A DNA stretch of 63,963 nt, counting the filler. It is 7 parts of 7 records of this genome, joined end to end, with 100 filler letters (N's around TTAATTAATTAA, not from the genome) between each part and the next. Parts side by side here need not be neighbours in the genome. Positions count along the whole stretch, not along the records: positions 29,735 to 37,555 come from DRR723986_18862; positions 37,656 to 43,733 come from DRR723986_18879; 5 more parts are not named here. One strand, given 5' to 3'. A program made the translations under genes and the position numbers. The notes under the pieces are model-generated. The model was not told the DNA's origin and searched no databases. It saw only the letters and a program-made list of their open reading frames with translations. Below, in pieces: positions 30,101-40,861 of the stretch (the stretch's first letter is position 1; the number at the start of each line of letters is the position of its first letter).

Positions 30101-30730
30101 TCAATACCCAATCCGCCGATACACATCAACCTCCAAGGACGGCGGCTGATCATGCGGCATAATCCGACTGCTGACCTGCGCCACAAAACGATCTCCAGGA
30201 ATCAATCCCGGCAGCGGCTGCCCCACCGCTATCGGCAGCATCGCCGTCGGAAATAGCGTATAGGAAAAACTGATCCAGACCGTGTCGCCCGGCATAAGAT
30301 GTACCTGCATGTCACGTCCGCAGCGGCCCACGTCCTCCAGCAGAACTCGAGCGCGGCAGGGCGCATAATAACATGGATCGCGCTCATTGCTGTTCCAGCG
30401 GCGCGCCGTATCAATCTTAACAATCTCTCCGCGGATGCCACAAGTGCTCGGCGCCGGTGGTGGCTTGATTTGCCGCGAATCGTCCTGCACTGCCGTCTCC
30501 TCCAGCTTGTCGGCTTTTGAGTTGATGGCGGCATCCTGCACATCCGCTTGCATAATTGCATCTTTCTCTGAACTGCCGGACTCTTCGGCTTTGGTCTGCT
30601 CGCGGCTGCCGGCGCAGGAGGCCAGAAACAGGCTGCCAAGCAGCAGCGTCAAACCACAATAATATGCCAGGCCTCGCAGCAATTCGGAGCTGCGGCTTGC
30701 ACCCGGACCTCTGCACGGATCAGTCGTCAT
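30101..30730 (-). CDS. Hypothetical lipoprotein
   Basis: Hydrophobic stretch ending LASC lipobox; Cys-containing C-terminal domain; overlaps upstream gene end; start uncertain. Confidence 0.65.
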   Translation of the reverse strand: MTTDPCRGPGASRSSELLRGLAYYCGLTLLLGSLFLASCAGSREQTKAEESGSSEKDAIMQADVQDAAINSKADKLEETAVQDDSRQIKPPPAPSTCGIRGEIVKIDTARRWNSNERDPCYYAPCRARVLLEDVGRCGRDMQVHLMPGDTVWISFSYTLFPTAMLPIAVGQPLPGLIPGDRFVAQVSSRIMPHDQPPSLEVDVYRRIGY

Positions 30731-32294
30731 CCTGCGTATCTCCTGTCTGTGGCGCGCCGCCCAGCCCTACCGTCAGGCTGATGTATGGAAAAATCTGCGA
30801 GGTGGGCTCCAGCTTGCCGTCCACTTCCGTAAAATTCCAGCGGTAGTGCATCCCAATTCGGACCATATCACCCAACTTGCGCGCTACCACTGCATTGATG
30901 ACCGAGCGTTCATCCAACTTAAACACATCATCAATTCCCGTCAGGAAATTGCGATCGTAACGCGCGCCTACCAGGAAACCGGTTAACAATTCGTCGGCAC
31001 GGGCCTCCAGGTGCAGCGTCGCTCCATTCGTGATTGTCGCCGTGGTTCCAGGCACTCTAATGTCGCGGCGCACATCCGGAATCTGCAGACTTCCGCCCAC
31101 CAGTAGTTTGCCAAAAATATTGCCGTAGAGCGCACCAAACCAGCCCTGCTCAGGCTCAGCGTTTAAGAGTTTAACTGTCGGGTGATTCTGCAGATTAACA
31201 GTGTCACCGTCGGAAGTTCGCAAACTCTCAAAACTGCTGAACATATTCGCCGAATACACCGGATCAAAATATGAACCACTGAAGTGCGCTCCGAACCAGC
31301 GCCGTTCCACCTTGGCAGCCAACGTTAGAAAGCTGCCTGGAACGCGCAGTACAAAGTTCATCCCCAGCGCCGTGCCCGAGCCCGGCTTAAATTCTTCTTC
31401 GCCATTAATTTCGCGTACATACGAATCCAAAATCGGGTCGCGCTCGCTAATCGAAATTGAGGCATGTGCCATATAAGGCGTAATCGAAAACAGACCGCCA
31501 AGGTCAATCGGCAGCGCCGCATCCACGCCGTACATCCTTAGAATTTTTCCGGATGGCGTCGCAAACTCTCCACGATCGACCACCACCGGCGCACCAAGCT
31601 CCAGCCGCGTAATAACAGGTACCTCGGCATTCAGAATCGCCAGTGGACGAACGTAAGGACGGACGCCATAAATGGCCTCAGAGCCAAATTCACTTAACAT
31701 GCCCTCTACGCCGTGCCCGCCTTCCGTGTGAACATCAAAGGACAAACCAATATTGCGCTTCTCAAAACTCGACGAATTGTTGTAGCGATACATCACAAAA
31801 CCCGCACCCAGGCTAACGGCGTTTAGATCACCCACCCGAATGTAGAGCTGATCTACACGTTTGCGACCGTAACGCAGATAACGTACAAATCGCAAAATGC
31901 CCTCACCACCCTCGTATTCACTCGTGCGCAGTGAATTATCATCCAGCCCATAAATTATCGGTACATCCAGCCCCACGCCAAATTTGCCAAAACTCAGCTC
32001 CGGCTGCAGGCGTAACATGATAAAAGTCTGGTCGTCAATAAACGCCAGGCCCAGCGCTCCGGAAAGGTAGTGTGGGTCGAACTGGTTTAAGCCCAGCGAA
32101 CCCAGCATTCCAAGATTTGCATTCCCATCGGCAAAACGCAGCCCGATGTCTCCATTGGCTTCGTAATCGATAGGCTCATAAGCTTCCAGTCCGTCGGTCG
32201 CGGGGCCGGCACCTCCCGCCTGCGCCAATACAAGTTCGCTACCGCTGAGGAGCAGATACATCACCAGCGCTAAACAACTAGACCGCTTGATCAT
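30720..32294 (-). CDS. Hypothetical outer-membrane protein
   Basis: Signal peptide, amphipathic strands (PELSFGKFGVGLD, RYLRYG, GFVMYRYNN). Confidence 0.7.
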   Translation of the reverse strand: MIKRSSCLALVMYLLLSGSELVLAQAGGAGPATDGLEAYEPIDYEANGDIGLRFADGNANLGMLGSLGLNQFDPHYLSGALGLAFIDDQTFIMLRLQPELSFGKFGVGLDVPIIYGLDDNSLRTSEYEGGEGILRFVRYLRYGRKRVDQLYIRVGDLNAVSLGAGFVMYRYNNSSSFEKRNIGLSFDVHTEGGHGVEGMLSEFGSEAIYGVRPYVRPLAILNAEVPVITRLELGAPVVVDRGEFATPSGKILRMYGVDAALPIDLGGLFSITPYMAHASISISERDPILDSYVREINGEEEFKPGSGTALGMNFVLRVPGSFLTLAAKVERRWFGAHFSGSYFDPVYSANMFSSFESLRTSDGDTVNLQNHPTVKLLNAEPEQGWFGALYGNIFGKLLVGGSLQIPDVRRDIRVPGTTATITNGATLHLEARADELLTGFLVGARYDRNFLTGIDDVFKLDERSVINAVVARKLGDMVRIGMHYRWNFTEVDGKLEPTSQIFPYISLTVGLGGAPQTGDTQDDD

Positions 32295-32459
32295 AATGTT
32301 AAGTCCCGAAAGTAAAACATGCAGCCGGTGTTTAAAGCGCACCGCGCCCCAGCGCACAATTTGTATGCACTGAAGCGTCGGTGGAATTTAGCATTATCCG
32401 CTGACTCTTCCCTGTTCAGCCGCGGATCTGACTCGTCAAAACTTAAACAAATTCTACGT

Positions 32460-35400
32460 CTAGCGCGACCGCAATACACTGCGGACGATACTAAACTGCG
32501 TAGTCCTGAGCTGCACAAAATACATGCCGGGAACCAGGTGAGCACATTCCAGGCGCAGCGAATGTGTGCCCGCCGGCAACTCAATCTCCTGAATACTTCC
32601 GTGGCGCTGCCCAAGCGCATCTACAATCGATACCTGAGCACGTAGCGCCTTACCTAACTGCAGAGGAAGCCCGATTATGTTTGTCGCCGGGTTAGGCTGC
32701 ACAAGCCCCACAGTCAGTCCTTCAAGTACAATCGGCTCAGTCACACTTACGGTAATGACGCTCACAATCGCTGCGCGCGAGGTCGCCGCATCACACTCGC
32801 CGCGTACGACCACAGTATACTCACCGGCATCTTCGGTCGTGGGAAACAGCTTCGTGTAACTTGCCTGCACCGCACCGGGAATCTCCTCTCCATTCAGGAA
32901 CCACTGGTATTGGAGCTCACCAGGCCCTTCGGCCTCAACTGTCAGAGTAAATTCGGATTCGTTGTTGGTCTGGACATCCTGCGGCTCAACTGTAATTGTA
33001 GTCAACGCTTTTAGCTCGACCCTGACATCCTCTGATTCTGCCGCACCACAGTCGTTTTGCACGATACAGCGATACACGCCGGTATTCTCGGCCTGAATTT
33101 CATTCAGCGGCAGCTGCGCAGCATTTGCCCCCTCAATTGGCGTATCGTTTAACAGCCATTGAAAGCGCATATCCACGCCTGTGGCTACAACTTCCAGAAT
33201 GCGCGACTCATCCGCACAAACACTCAGGTCCGGCGTGTTGCTAAGAACTTCGGGCATGCTGTTAACTACTAATGCCACGTTGTTTGTGAAGGTCGTGGCG
33301 CCACCCGGCTGTACCCTAATCTGTAAGTTATAATCACTCGCCGCTTCATTTTCGGTCGCATTCGAAACGGTTAATACAGGTCCGTTAACGCCGCTGTATG
33401 CGCCGCCATTCTGTAGCGCCTGTTCTCCACGGCGCCACTGATACTCAAGCGTAGAACCATTGATTGTCGTGACGGCCGCTGCCGCAAACATCACAGTCTC
33501 CAGTCGGCAAATTTCAGCTGACTGCGGCTGCGTCTGAATCTCAATCCCGGGAACGTCAACGTTGATCGATGCAAACTGCGAGCTGTCGCGCCCGCACTCA
33601 CCATCAATCACAAGTTGATAACGACTGTCGATATCTTCGGGCTGCACATCGTTGATAGTCAAGCGGTTCGACTTTACTCCGCTGATGCGCGGGCCTGCCA
33701 ACATCGGCACGCCATTACGATGCCAGGAATAGTTAACATCGTTGGGCACCACTTCGGCCGAAAGCACAACCGTTTCGCCAATCAGAGCGCGCTCTGAAAA
33801 TGGCTGACGCGTCACCGTCGGAATCGCAACAACACCAATGCGTGCCGCGCGCGAACTTACCTTGCTGTCAACACAGACATTGTCAAAAACAGCTCGGTAC
33901 AAGACGCCGTCCTGATTCAGGCGCACATTCTCAATCTCCAATTCATTTGAATTGTTGTCCGCCAGTTGCAGCCAGCTGTTGCCGGCGTCCAGGCTGACTT
34001 CCCATGCAACACTTGCGGCGGGCCGCGCCTCCGCTGCAGCACTGAACATGACCGACTCACCTTCACACACACGCACGTCCTGCGGCTCCTCGCTTAGGCG
34101 CGGCGCGAAGTTAACACTTAGCGTTGCAGCACGTGATGCCACCGGCGCACCGCAGGCACTACTGAACACGGCACGATATTGTGCGTCGTGCAGCTCCAAA
34201 CCCGCCGAAGCGATTGTCAGAGTCTGTCCACTCACGCCCAGGTCAGTCCAGTCGTCTTCACCTGCCAATTTGCGTTGCCACTGCGCTGGAGCGGCAGGAC
34301 GCGTATCAGCTTCGGCACTGAAAGCCGTCGCATCATTTTCACAGACAGTGACGTCTGCCGGCTGCAGCAAAACTTCCGGTACGTAGTTAACTTCGATACG
34401 TGCATCACGTGAGAGGATTTCACCCACACATTCCGTTTGAGTCAAACGCACGCGAAAGCGATTCTGACTCATTTCACGCGTTACGTTCTCACCGCTGATG
34501 CTTAGGCCCGTCTGGCCCGCCATTTCAGTCCATTCAAGACCGCCGTTGCTGGATGTCTCCCACTGAATTGCCGGCGCAGGTGTGCCGTCGACTTCCACAG
34601 AAAAACTGAAGTCCTCGCCTTCACAGAGAATGATGACTTCTTCGGGTTGGACGGTAAATCTGGCGGGATCATCAACGTGCAGTAGTGCTTCTGCGGAGTT
34701 GACAACTCCACATTCGTTCGTGATTTGCACGCGGAAACGGCGCCCTGAGTCACTGAAACTAACGTCACCAAAGTCATATGATAAACCGGTTTCGCCCGCA
34801 ATGTCCGCAAACTCACCGTCAATCAATTCCTGCCATTGCAGAGTTGGCGCGGGCACGCCGCTCACCAAAACGTTAAAAATGGCATTATCGCCCGAGCAGC
34901 GGTCCAGGCTGACCGGTGGCGCCAGAACACGCGGCGTTTGTTTAACCGTCAGCAGCATCTCAGCTGAAGTAGCGCTGCCGCAGAAATTTTCTACCTGAGC
35001 GCGGTAACGTGTTCCGTCATCATCCAACGTGCGCCCTGCCAGCAGCAGTGTTGTTGAAGTCTCATCCAGGTCCGTCCACTCGCCACCGGACGCGCGCATC
35101 TGCCAGATTATCTGCGGTGCCGGCTGGCCGTCAACTTCTATCGAAAATGTGGCCGTTGCGTTTTCGGGAATGCACAGTGCCTGATCGCCTGTGTTGGAGA
35201 CAACTTGCGCAGCCTTGCCCAGTTTGATATTGGGGCTTAATTCCAGCAAAGTTCCATCGGCTGCATCAGTCAACGCCAGGATATAGTCACCGCCGGGCAG
35301 TTCGCTCACGTTCCAGGTAAAACTGGATTGAGCGGCAGGGCGATTATCAAAGATACCGATCCGATCGCCGCCCGCTGCAGGACGCAATTCCAAATTGACC

Positions 35401-36548
35401 GCACGCACGTGCAGCGACTCCCAACTGATATCAATTTCATCGCCAAAACAGTACTGCCCTGCTTCAGTTGGTGATGTCATTGTCAGCGTTGAGACTGGTG
35501 TCTCAGAAGTAAGGCTCGCATTCGGACTTATATCATCCGTGTTTGACCAGGGCTCTACCGGACGCCGGCGCTGCCAGAGTGGAGCTTCTGCATCGGCAGC
35601 CCATCCGATTGTCATTTTGCGAAAACCAACGCTCGTTTTTAGGCCGCGCAGACGCATCGAAGCAACTTTTGTGGCAGCCGGCGCGCGCTCAATTACCTGC
35701 AGCTTGTCATCCATTTCGGCCTGTGAACTTGTCGCCGGAGCGTCGAGATTCAATGACAGAATACCGCTGCTGAAACTTGGGGTTACCGTGTATCCGTCAA
35801 GCTTGTCACCACCGAGTTCGACAACTTCCGCAACGGGGCTGTCAAACTGATCGGAATCAAACTGCAGCTTGATTTCCGTGTCGTCCAGATAAAAAACCGG
35901 ACCGTCGGTCTGGCTCATAGTCACGTCAAACAAGACGTCATTGCCCTGCAGGCGCAGATTCGAAACTGACGCATCAAAAATTGGCGCCAGCGCAAAATCC
36001 GGCGTTTCTATAAATGTGATGTCGGCTACACCAGAAGTGTAAGGCGACTCATCATCAAATGCATTGATATTTGTGAAGAACGGAAAGGTCGTGCGATACT
36101 CCAGACCGGAATATCCACTGAAATCCGTGAGAGTCGAAATGCGCAGACTGCCAAGTAAACTGCCATTGCCCTGATCCGAAATCAGCGCAATTCGCGACTG
36201 AAAGCGCGAGAGCGACCAGCTGGCACGCGGCGAAGACGGAAAGACGTCAATTGCAATCGTCTGATCATCAAGAACCGTGGTGTCATACGAATACCTTTCC
36301 TCCAGCAAACCTTCGGCCGGCGTGAACTCCACGCTCAGGTCGCTGAACTTCTCATCATTCAGCTTAAACGTGTAGTTGCAGTCGGAGAGGTAGAGTGCGT
36401 CGCTGCCGGTGCTCTTCAGGTAGATATCTACTGTGAGAACATCGTTGTTAAGCTGTTGATTTAGAAGGCGCATCTCTCCTTCAAATGCTGCAAAAACTGG
36501 GGATGCTGCCAATACCAGAATCAAGGCCAGATAAATGCTACGTAGCAT
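32460..36548 (-). CDS. Ig-like repeat protein with T9SS type A sorting domain
   Basis: Signal peptide; repeated QP..V.VC.G / QW / YR...N.CG...S..A.L.V units; C-terminal PNPA...GMYFVQL. Confidence 0.85.
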   Translation of the reverse strand: MLRSIYLALILVLAASPVFAAFEGEMRLLNQQLNNDVLTVDIYLKSTGSDALYLSDCNYTFKLNDEKFSDLSVEFTPAEGLLEERYSYDTTVLDDQTIAIDVFPSSPRASWSLSRFQSRIALISDQGNGSLLGSLRISTLTDFSGYSGLEYRTTFPFFTNINAFDDESPYTSGVADITFIETPDFALAPIFDASVSNLRLQGNDVLFDVTMSQTDGPVFYLDDTEIKLQFDSDQFDSPVAEVVELGGDKLDGYTVTPSFSSGILSLNLDAPATSSQAEMDDKLQVIERAPAATKVASMRLRGLKTSVGFRKMTIGWAADAEAPLWQRRRPVEPWSNTDDISPNASLTSETPVSTLTMTSPTEAGQYCFGDEIDISWESLHVRAVNLELRPAAGGDRIGIFDNRPAAQSSFTWNVSELPGGDYILALTDAADGTLLELSPNIKLGKAAQVVSNTGDQALCIPENATATFSIEVDGQPAPQIIWQMRASGGEWTDLDETSTTLLLAGRTLDDDGTRYRAQVENFCGSATSAEMLLTVKQTPRVLAPPVSLDRCSGDNAIFNVLVSGVPAPTLQWQELIDGEFADIAGETGLSYDFGDVSFSDSGRRFRVQITNECGVVNSAEALLHVDDPARFTVQPEEVIILCEGEDFSFSVEVDGTPAPAIQWETSSNGGLEWTEMAGQTGLSISGENVTREMSQNRFRVRLTQTECVGEILSRDARIEVNYVPEVLLQPADVTVCENDATAFSAEADTRPAAPAQWQRKLAGEDDWTDLGVSGQTLTIASAGLELHDAQYRAVFSSACGAPVASRAATLSVNFAPRLSEEPQDVRVCEGESVMFSAAAEARPAASVAWEVSLDAGNSWLQLADNNSNELEIENVRLNQDGVLYRAVFDNVCVDSKVSSRAARIGVVAIPTVTRQPFSERALIGETVVLSAEVVPNDVNYSWHRNGVPMLAGPRISGVKSNRLTINDVQPEDIDSRYQLVIDGECGRDSSQFASINVDVPGIEIQTQPQSAEICRLETVMFAAAAVTTINGSTLEYQWRRGEQALQNGGAYSGVNGPVLTVSNATENEAASDYNLQIRVQPGGATTFTNNVALVVNSMPEVLSNTPDLSVCADESRILEVVATGVDMRFQWLLNDTPIEGANAAQLPLNEIQAENTGVYRCIVQNDCGAAESEDVRVELKALTTITVEPQDVQTNNESEFTLTVEAEGPGELQYQWFLNGEEIPGAVQASYTKLFPTTEDAGEYTVVVRGECDAATSRAAIVSVITVSVTEPIVLEGLTVGLVQPNPATNIIGLPLQLGKALRAQVSIVDALGQRHGSIQEIELPAGTHSLRLECAHLVPGMYFVQLRTTQFSIVRSVLRSR

Positions 36549-36754
36549 GATATTCCATCGGAGAGTGTGTTTGGATTTCGATAAAATCCGTGCCGGTGTT
36601 GTTCCTTCCCCACACGCATTTTATCCGTGATTTAACACGTTCCGTAAAATCAATGAATAAATTAGTGAAAAGTCTGCGCAATCCACAGCCAGAGCAGTCT
36701 GGCGGGTATCTCCCCCGCTGGACATTACAACTGGAATCACGTGCAACCGCGGCG

Positions 36755-37555
36755 CTAAACAAAGCGCCTTTCAAGTTCTTTCAGGCTCAATTCAATTTTT
36801 GTGCGGCGCCCGTTCGGCCCAAGCGAAGGACTGCCGCAGGCTGCCAGATCGCGCAGCAGCGCGCGCATTTCCTCAGTGGAGAGAACATCACCAACTTTGA
36901 CGGCACAGCGCGTAGCATATGCCGCTGCCACAGCGCGGCGGCGCAGGCCAACATCCGCGCCGGGCACTTCGGTCTGCTGCGCGATGATATCGCGCAGCGT
37001 GCGTTCCTCGTCGCCGATGCGCACGTCATGCGGAATCGCCGAAATCGTCACCAGCGGTTCGCCGCCTTTTTCGCTCAAAATAAAATCAAAGCCGAGTGCA
37101 CGCAGCTCCGGCTCCACTGAATGCAGCAACACCAGGTCCGCCTGTGTTAAAGTGACCGGCACGGCAAACAGCAACTCCTGCGCCAGGACTTCATCTTTTA
37201 CGGTCGCCTGCGCATCTGCCTCTGCGTTCTTCGCGGCCGTAGATTCCAGTGCCGTCATCGCCCGTTCAAAAAGTACACGTTCATGTGCCATGCGTTGGTC
37301 GGTCATCTGCAAACCGTTTTCGTCGGCCGTGACGATGTAGCGTTTATGCAGCTGGAAAACAAAGGGCGCAGGACCACTTTCCGCTGCCGAGTGGCCCACG
37401 GCACGATCTTCAAAAAGACGCCCTTCGTCGGGGCTGAGCGGGCGTTGCCAGCGCGGACTGGCGCTGTCCGCTGCCCCGGCCGCAGCAGTTGAGGAATAAT
37501 CCTGACCACCGCCATATCCACCCGCACTGCCGCCGCCATACGAGCCCGAACTGCC
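36755..37555 (-). CDS. mutL: MutL C-terminal domain and Gly-rich linker (5' truncated)
   Basis: FQLHKRYIV, DQRMAHERVLFE, QELLF clamp motif, LRALGF; frame open to contig edge. Confidence 0.88.
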   Translation of the reverse strand, partial: GSSGSYGGGSAGGYGGGQDYSSTAAAGAADSASPRWQRPLSPDEGRLFEDRAVGHSAAESGPAPFVFQLHKRYIVTADENGLQMTDQRMAHERVLFERAMTALESTAAKNAEADAQATVKDEVLAQELLFAVPVTLTQADLVLLHSVEPELRALGFDFILSEKGGEPLVTISAIPHDVRIGDEERTLRDIIAQQTEVPGADVGLRRRAVAAAYATRCAVKVGDVLSTEEMRALLRDLAACGSPSLGPNGRRTKIELSLKELERRFV

Positions 37556-37655
37556 NNNNNNNNNNNNNNNNNNNNNNNNNNNNNNNNNNNNNNNNNNNNT
37601 TAATTAATTAANNNNNNNNNNNNNNNNNNNNNNNNNNNNNNNNNNNNNNNNNNNN
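37556..37655. other. Artificial contig spacer
   Basis: N-run with TTAATTAATTAA. Confidence 0.99.
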
Positions 37656-38363
37656 GCCCTCGGCCTCGCCGGTGCCCATCATGGCTTTGCCCATCTCGTC
37701 CATCACAGCGCGCACATCGGCGAAATCAAGGTTGATCAGGCCGGGGCGCACCATCAGGTCGGTGACGCCTTTCACACCTTGATACAGCACGTCATCGGCC
37801 ATGCTGAACGCCTCGGTAAAGGTGGTCTTTTCATTGGCCAGGCGGAACAGGTTCTGGTTGGGGATGATAATCAGGGTATCCACAACCTTTTGCAGCGCTT
37901 CCACGCCCTCTTCGGCCTGGCGCATGCGCTTTTGGCCCTCGAACTGGAATGGCTTGGTTACAACACCCACCGTCAACACACCCAATTCGCGCGCCGCCTG
38001 CGCAATGATCGGTGCAGCACCGGTGCCGGTGCCACCGCCCATGCCTGCCGTGATAAAGCACATATGCGCGCCGGCCAGATGATCGACGATCTGTTCGATC
38101 GACTCTTCAGCCGCGGCGGCGCCAATGCTGGCCTTGGCGCCCGCGCCCAACCCTTCGGTTACTTTTACACCCAGTTGGATGCGGTGGCCCGATTTGCTTT
38201 GCTGCAGCGCCTGCGCATCGGTGTTGGCCACAACGAAATCGCAGCCCGAAAGCTGCTTGTCGATCATGTTGTTCACCGCATTGCCGCCTGCGCCCCCAAC
38301 ACCAAACACGGTGATACGGGGTTTCAGATCGTCATGTCCGGGCACCGAAAGGTTCAATGTCAT
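37656..38363 (-). CDS. ftsZ: Cell division protein FtsZ (3' truncated)
   Basis: [28 protein letters not shown]. Confidence 0.98.
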
Positions 38364-38618
38364 GGTGTATCCGCCTGTGCTTTAGCCCGCCTGACCGGGC
38401 GTGTTTTTTACTTTTGCCTGGTGCAGTATTACCCGTTGAAGGCCAGATCGTCACGAGAAAAACGCAAATTCCCCACAAAATATAGCCAAATTCCGCCGAA
38501 AATCTGCCCGATCTTGCTGGCGCATCCAAATATAGCGGAATTCTGCCGACAAACCCCTGTGCCGCGGCCCAAATCAGGGCGCGGTGGCGGGAAAACACAG
38601 GTTTGGCGGGGCTTTGCC

Positions 38619-39950
38619 CTACCAGTTATCTTTGAACCATTTCATCGCGCGTCGCAGCGAACGGGCTGGGTAGCGATCAACGGGAATTTCAAAATCCCAC
38701 CATTCATCCTGGGGATGGGCGGCAAACAGGCACAGCCCGACAGCGGCCGAAAACGCGGGGCCGGTGGCGGCCTGCGGCAGGCCATGCACCCGCAGCGGGC
38801 GGCCCAAGCGCACCTGCTGGCCCAAAATGCGGCTGGCCAGCCCATCGAGCCCGGGAATTTGGCTGCCCCCGCCGGTCAACACGATCTGCTGGCTTGGCAG
38901 GTGCTCAAAGCCGGCCACATCAAGGCGGGCGCGCACCTCTTCCAGAATTTCTTCGACACGTGGGCGCATGATGCCAATCAGCTCGGCACGGCTGACGGTG
39001 CGGCGGTCGTGCTCCCAATCGCCGGTTTCGCTGCGCATTTCGATCATTTCGCTGTCATCGCGGCCGGTGGCCACCACGCCGCCGAACAATGTCTTGATAC
39101 GCTCGGCCGCGTTTGATGGCACCTGCAGCCCCATCGAGATATCGCTTGTCACATGATCGCCGCCCATGGTGACGGTATCGGCAAAGATCATGTGCTTTTT
39201 CATAAACACCGATATGCTGGTCGCGCCGCCGCCCATATCGATACAGGCAGCGCCCAGCTCTAACTCGTCCTCGACCAGTGCAGACAGGCCACTGACATAG
39301 GCCGAGCTGGCCACGCCCGCCAATTCCAAATCGCACCGCTTCACGCAATAGGCCAGGTTTTGGATGGCAATTTCATCCACCGTCAGCATATGCATATCAA
39401 CCGATAGCTGCTGGCCCACCTGGCCGCGCGGGTCGCCCAGGCCTGTGCGGTGATCCAGCGCAAAATTCACCGGATGGGCGTGCAGCACCTCGCGCCCCTG
39501 GCCGAAATCGGGAATATCGCAGGCCGATAAAACCCGCCCGATATCTTGCTCGCTAACCAGGTTGCCCTGCAAATCCAGCTGCCCCGCCACGCCATAGCTG
39601 CGCGGCTCGGCGCCGGAAAAACAGGCGATCACGTGATCCACGCGAATATTGGCCATTTTCTGCGCCGCCTGCACCGCGGTGCGAATGGCACGTTCGGTTT
39701 CCGCCATGGCATGAATTTCGCCAAAACGCACCCCGCGCGAGCGGGTGGTGGCAGCGCCAATCACCCGAAAGCCCGCCTGCCCCGCCATTGGGCCCACGCC
39801 TTCGACCTCTAGCTTATCTGCGCCATCAAAACGCAAAACCAAACAGCCGATCTTAGAGGTGCCCACATCCAAAATGGCCACCACCCCCCGCTGCATGGCG
39901 GCCTTGCGCATGTTGCGCATGGCGCGCTGGGATTCGTATAGCTCGATCAT
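38619..39950 (-). CDS. ftsA: Cell division protein FtsA
   Basis: LDVGTSK, IDMGGG, VLTGGG, C-terminal WFKDNW amphipathic helix. Confidence 0.96.
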   Translation of the reverse strand: MIELYESQRAMRNMRKAAMQRGVVAILDVGTSKIGCLVLRFDGADKLEVEGVGPMAGQAGFRVIGAATTRSRGVRFGEIHAMAETERAIRTAVQAAQKMANIRVDHVIACFSGAEPRSYGVAGQLDLQGNLVSEQDIGRVLSACDIPDFGQGREVLHAHPVNFALDHRTGLGDPRGQVGQQLSVDMHMLTVDEIAIQNLAYCVKRCDLELAGVASSAYVSGLSALVEDELELGAACIDMGGGATSISVFMKKHMIFADTVTMGGDHVTSDISMGLQVPSNAAERIKTLFGGVVATGRDDSEMIEMRSETGDWEHDRRTVSRAELIGIMRPRVEEILEEVRARLDVAGFEHLPSQQIVLTGGGSQIPGLDGLASRILGQQVRLGRPLRVHGLPQAATGPAFSAAVGLCLFAAHPQDEWWDFEIPVDRYPARSLRRAMKWFKDNW

Positions 39951-39955
39951 AATTG

Positions 39956-40861
39956 CTAGTCTCCCAAAGCCACATTGCGAACCCGCCACCATTCATCGAC
40001 GGCGGCCTCGCTCATTCGAATTGTTGGCCTGTCGGCCAGGCGCATATCAACCAGCGCCAAATCGCGTTCCAAAAGGTCTTGTGCCTTATGCATCAACAGC
40101 ACCCGTTCCAGCGCTTGAACGGGCTGTTTTTGGGGCAGTTGAATGCGCTGCCCACGATCCAGCACCAGATCCCAGCGGCGCTGGCTGATGCGCACCAGGC
40201 CGCGCACCCGGCTGCCCAAGGGGCCCGCCGCCCGCAGCAGGGCCAACGCCTCGGGTGCCACTTGATCTGCCCCCTCGCCCGCCACCAATGGCAGTTCGGG
40301 ATAGGCCGCGCGGGTTTCTGCCGGGCGCACAATGGCGCCGGTGTCATCCAACAATTCCAGCCCCTCGCGGGTGCGCCAAACCAGGGCTGGCGTGCGTTCG
40401 ACAATGCTGATCTGCAAGATGCCACCATTGCGCACAAAGACACGCGCCTCTTTGATCGCGGGCAGTTCACGCAATGTCTGTAAAATAAGGGGCAAATCCA
40501 GCCCAAAGGACGATACCGGCAGATCCACCGGCATGATCTCGCGGATGTCGGCATCGACACTTTCGCTGGCGCCCTCGATCACCATCGCTTGCACCATAAA
40601 TTCGGGGCGGTTGATCACCTGATCGCGCAGATCCAGGGCAAAAAGGCGCAGCCCATCGCGGCGCTCTTCCTTGGCCAGATAGCCCAGCCCCAAGGCCGCA
40701 ACCACCAGCAGCGGCAGGCCCGCGCGCAAAAACAACCGAAATGCCGGCGTCAGCATCAGACGTTGGCGCCGATACGACCAGCGCGATGGCGCCGGATCGG
40801 CCCGGCGGGCCGAGGGCGCAGGCTGGGCGTTACGACGGGGGGCGCGGATTACCGGTTGCAT
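39956..40861 (-). CDS. ftsQ: Cell division protein FtsQ
   Basis: DPAPSR, single TM, POTRA region, RRWDLVL, VDMR; dcw position. Confidence 0.92.
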   Translation of the reverse strand: MQPVIRAPRRNAQPAPSARRADPAPSRWSYRRQRLMLTPAFRLFLRAGLPLLVVAALGLGYLAKEERRDGLRLFALDLRDQVINRPEFMVQAMVIEGASESVDADIREIMPVDLPVSSFGLDLPLILQTLRELPAIKEARVFVRNGGILQISIVERTPALVWRTREGLELLDDTGAIVRPAETRAAYPELPLVAGEGADQVAPEALALLRAAGPLGSRVRGLVRISQRRWDLVLDRGQRIQLPQKQPVQALERVLLMHKAQDLLERDLALVDMRLADRPTIRMSEAAVDEWWRVRNVALGD

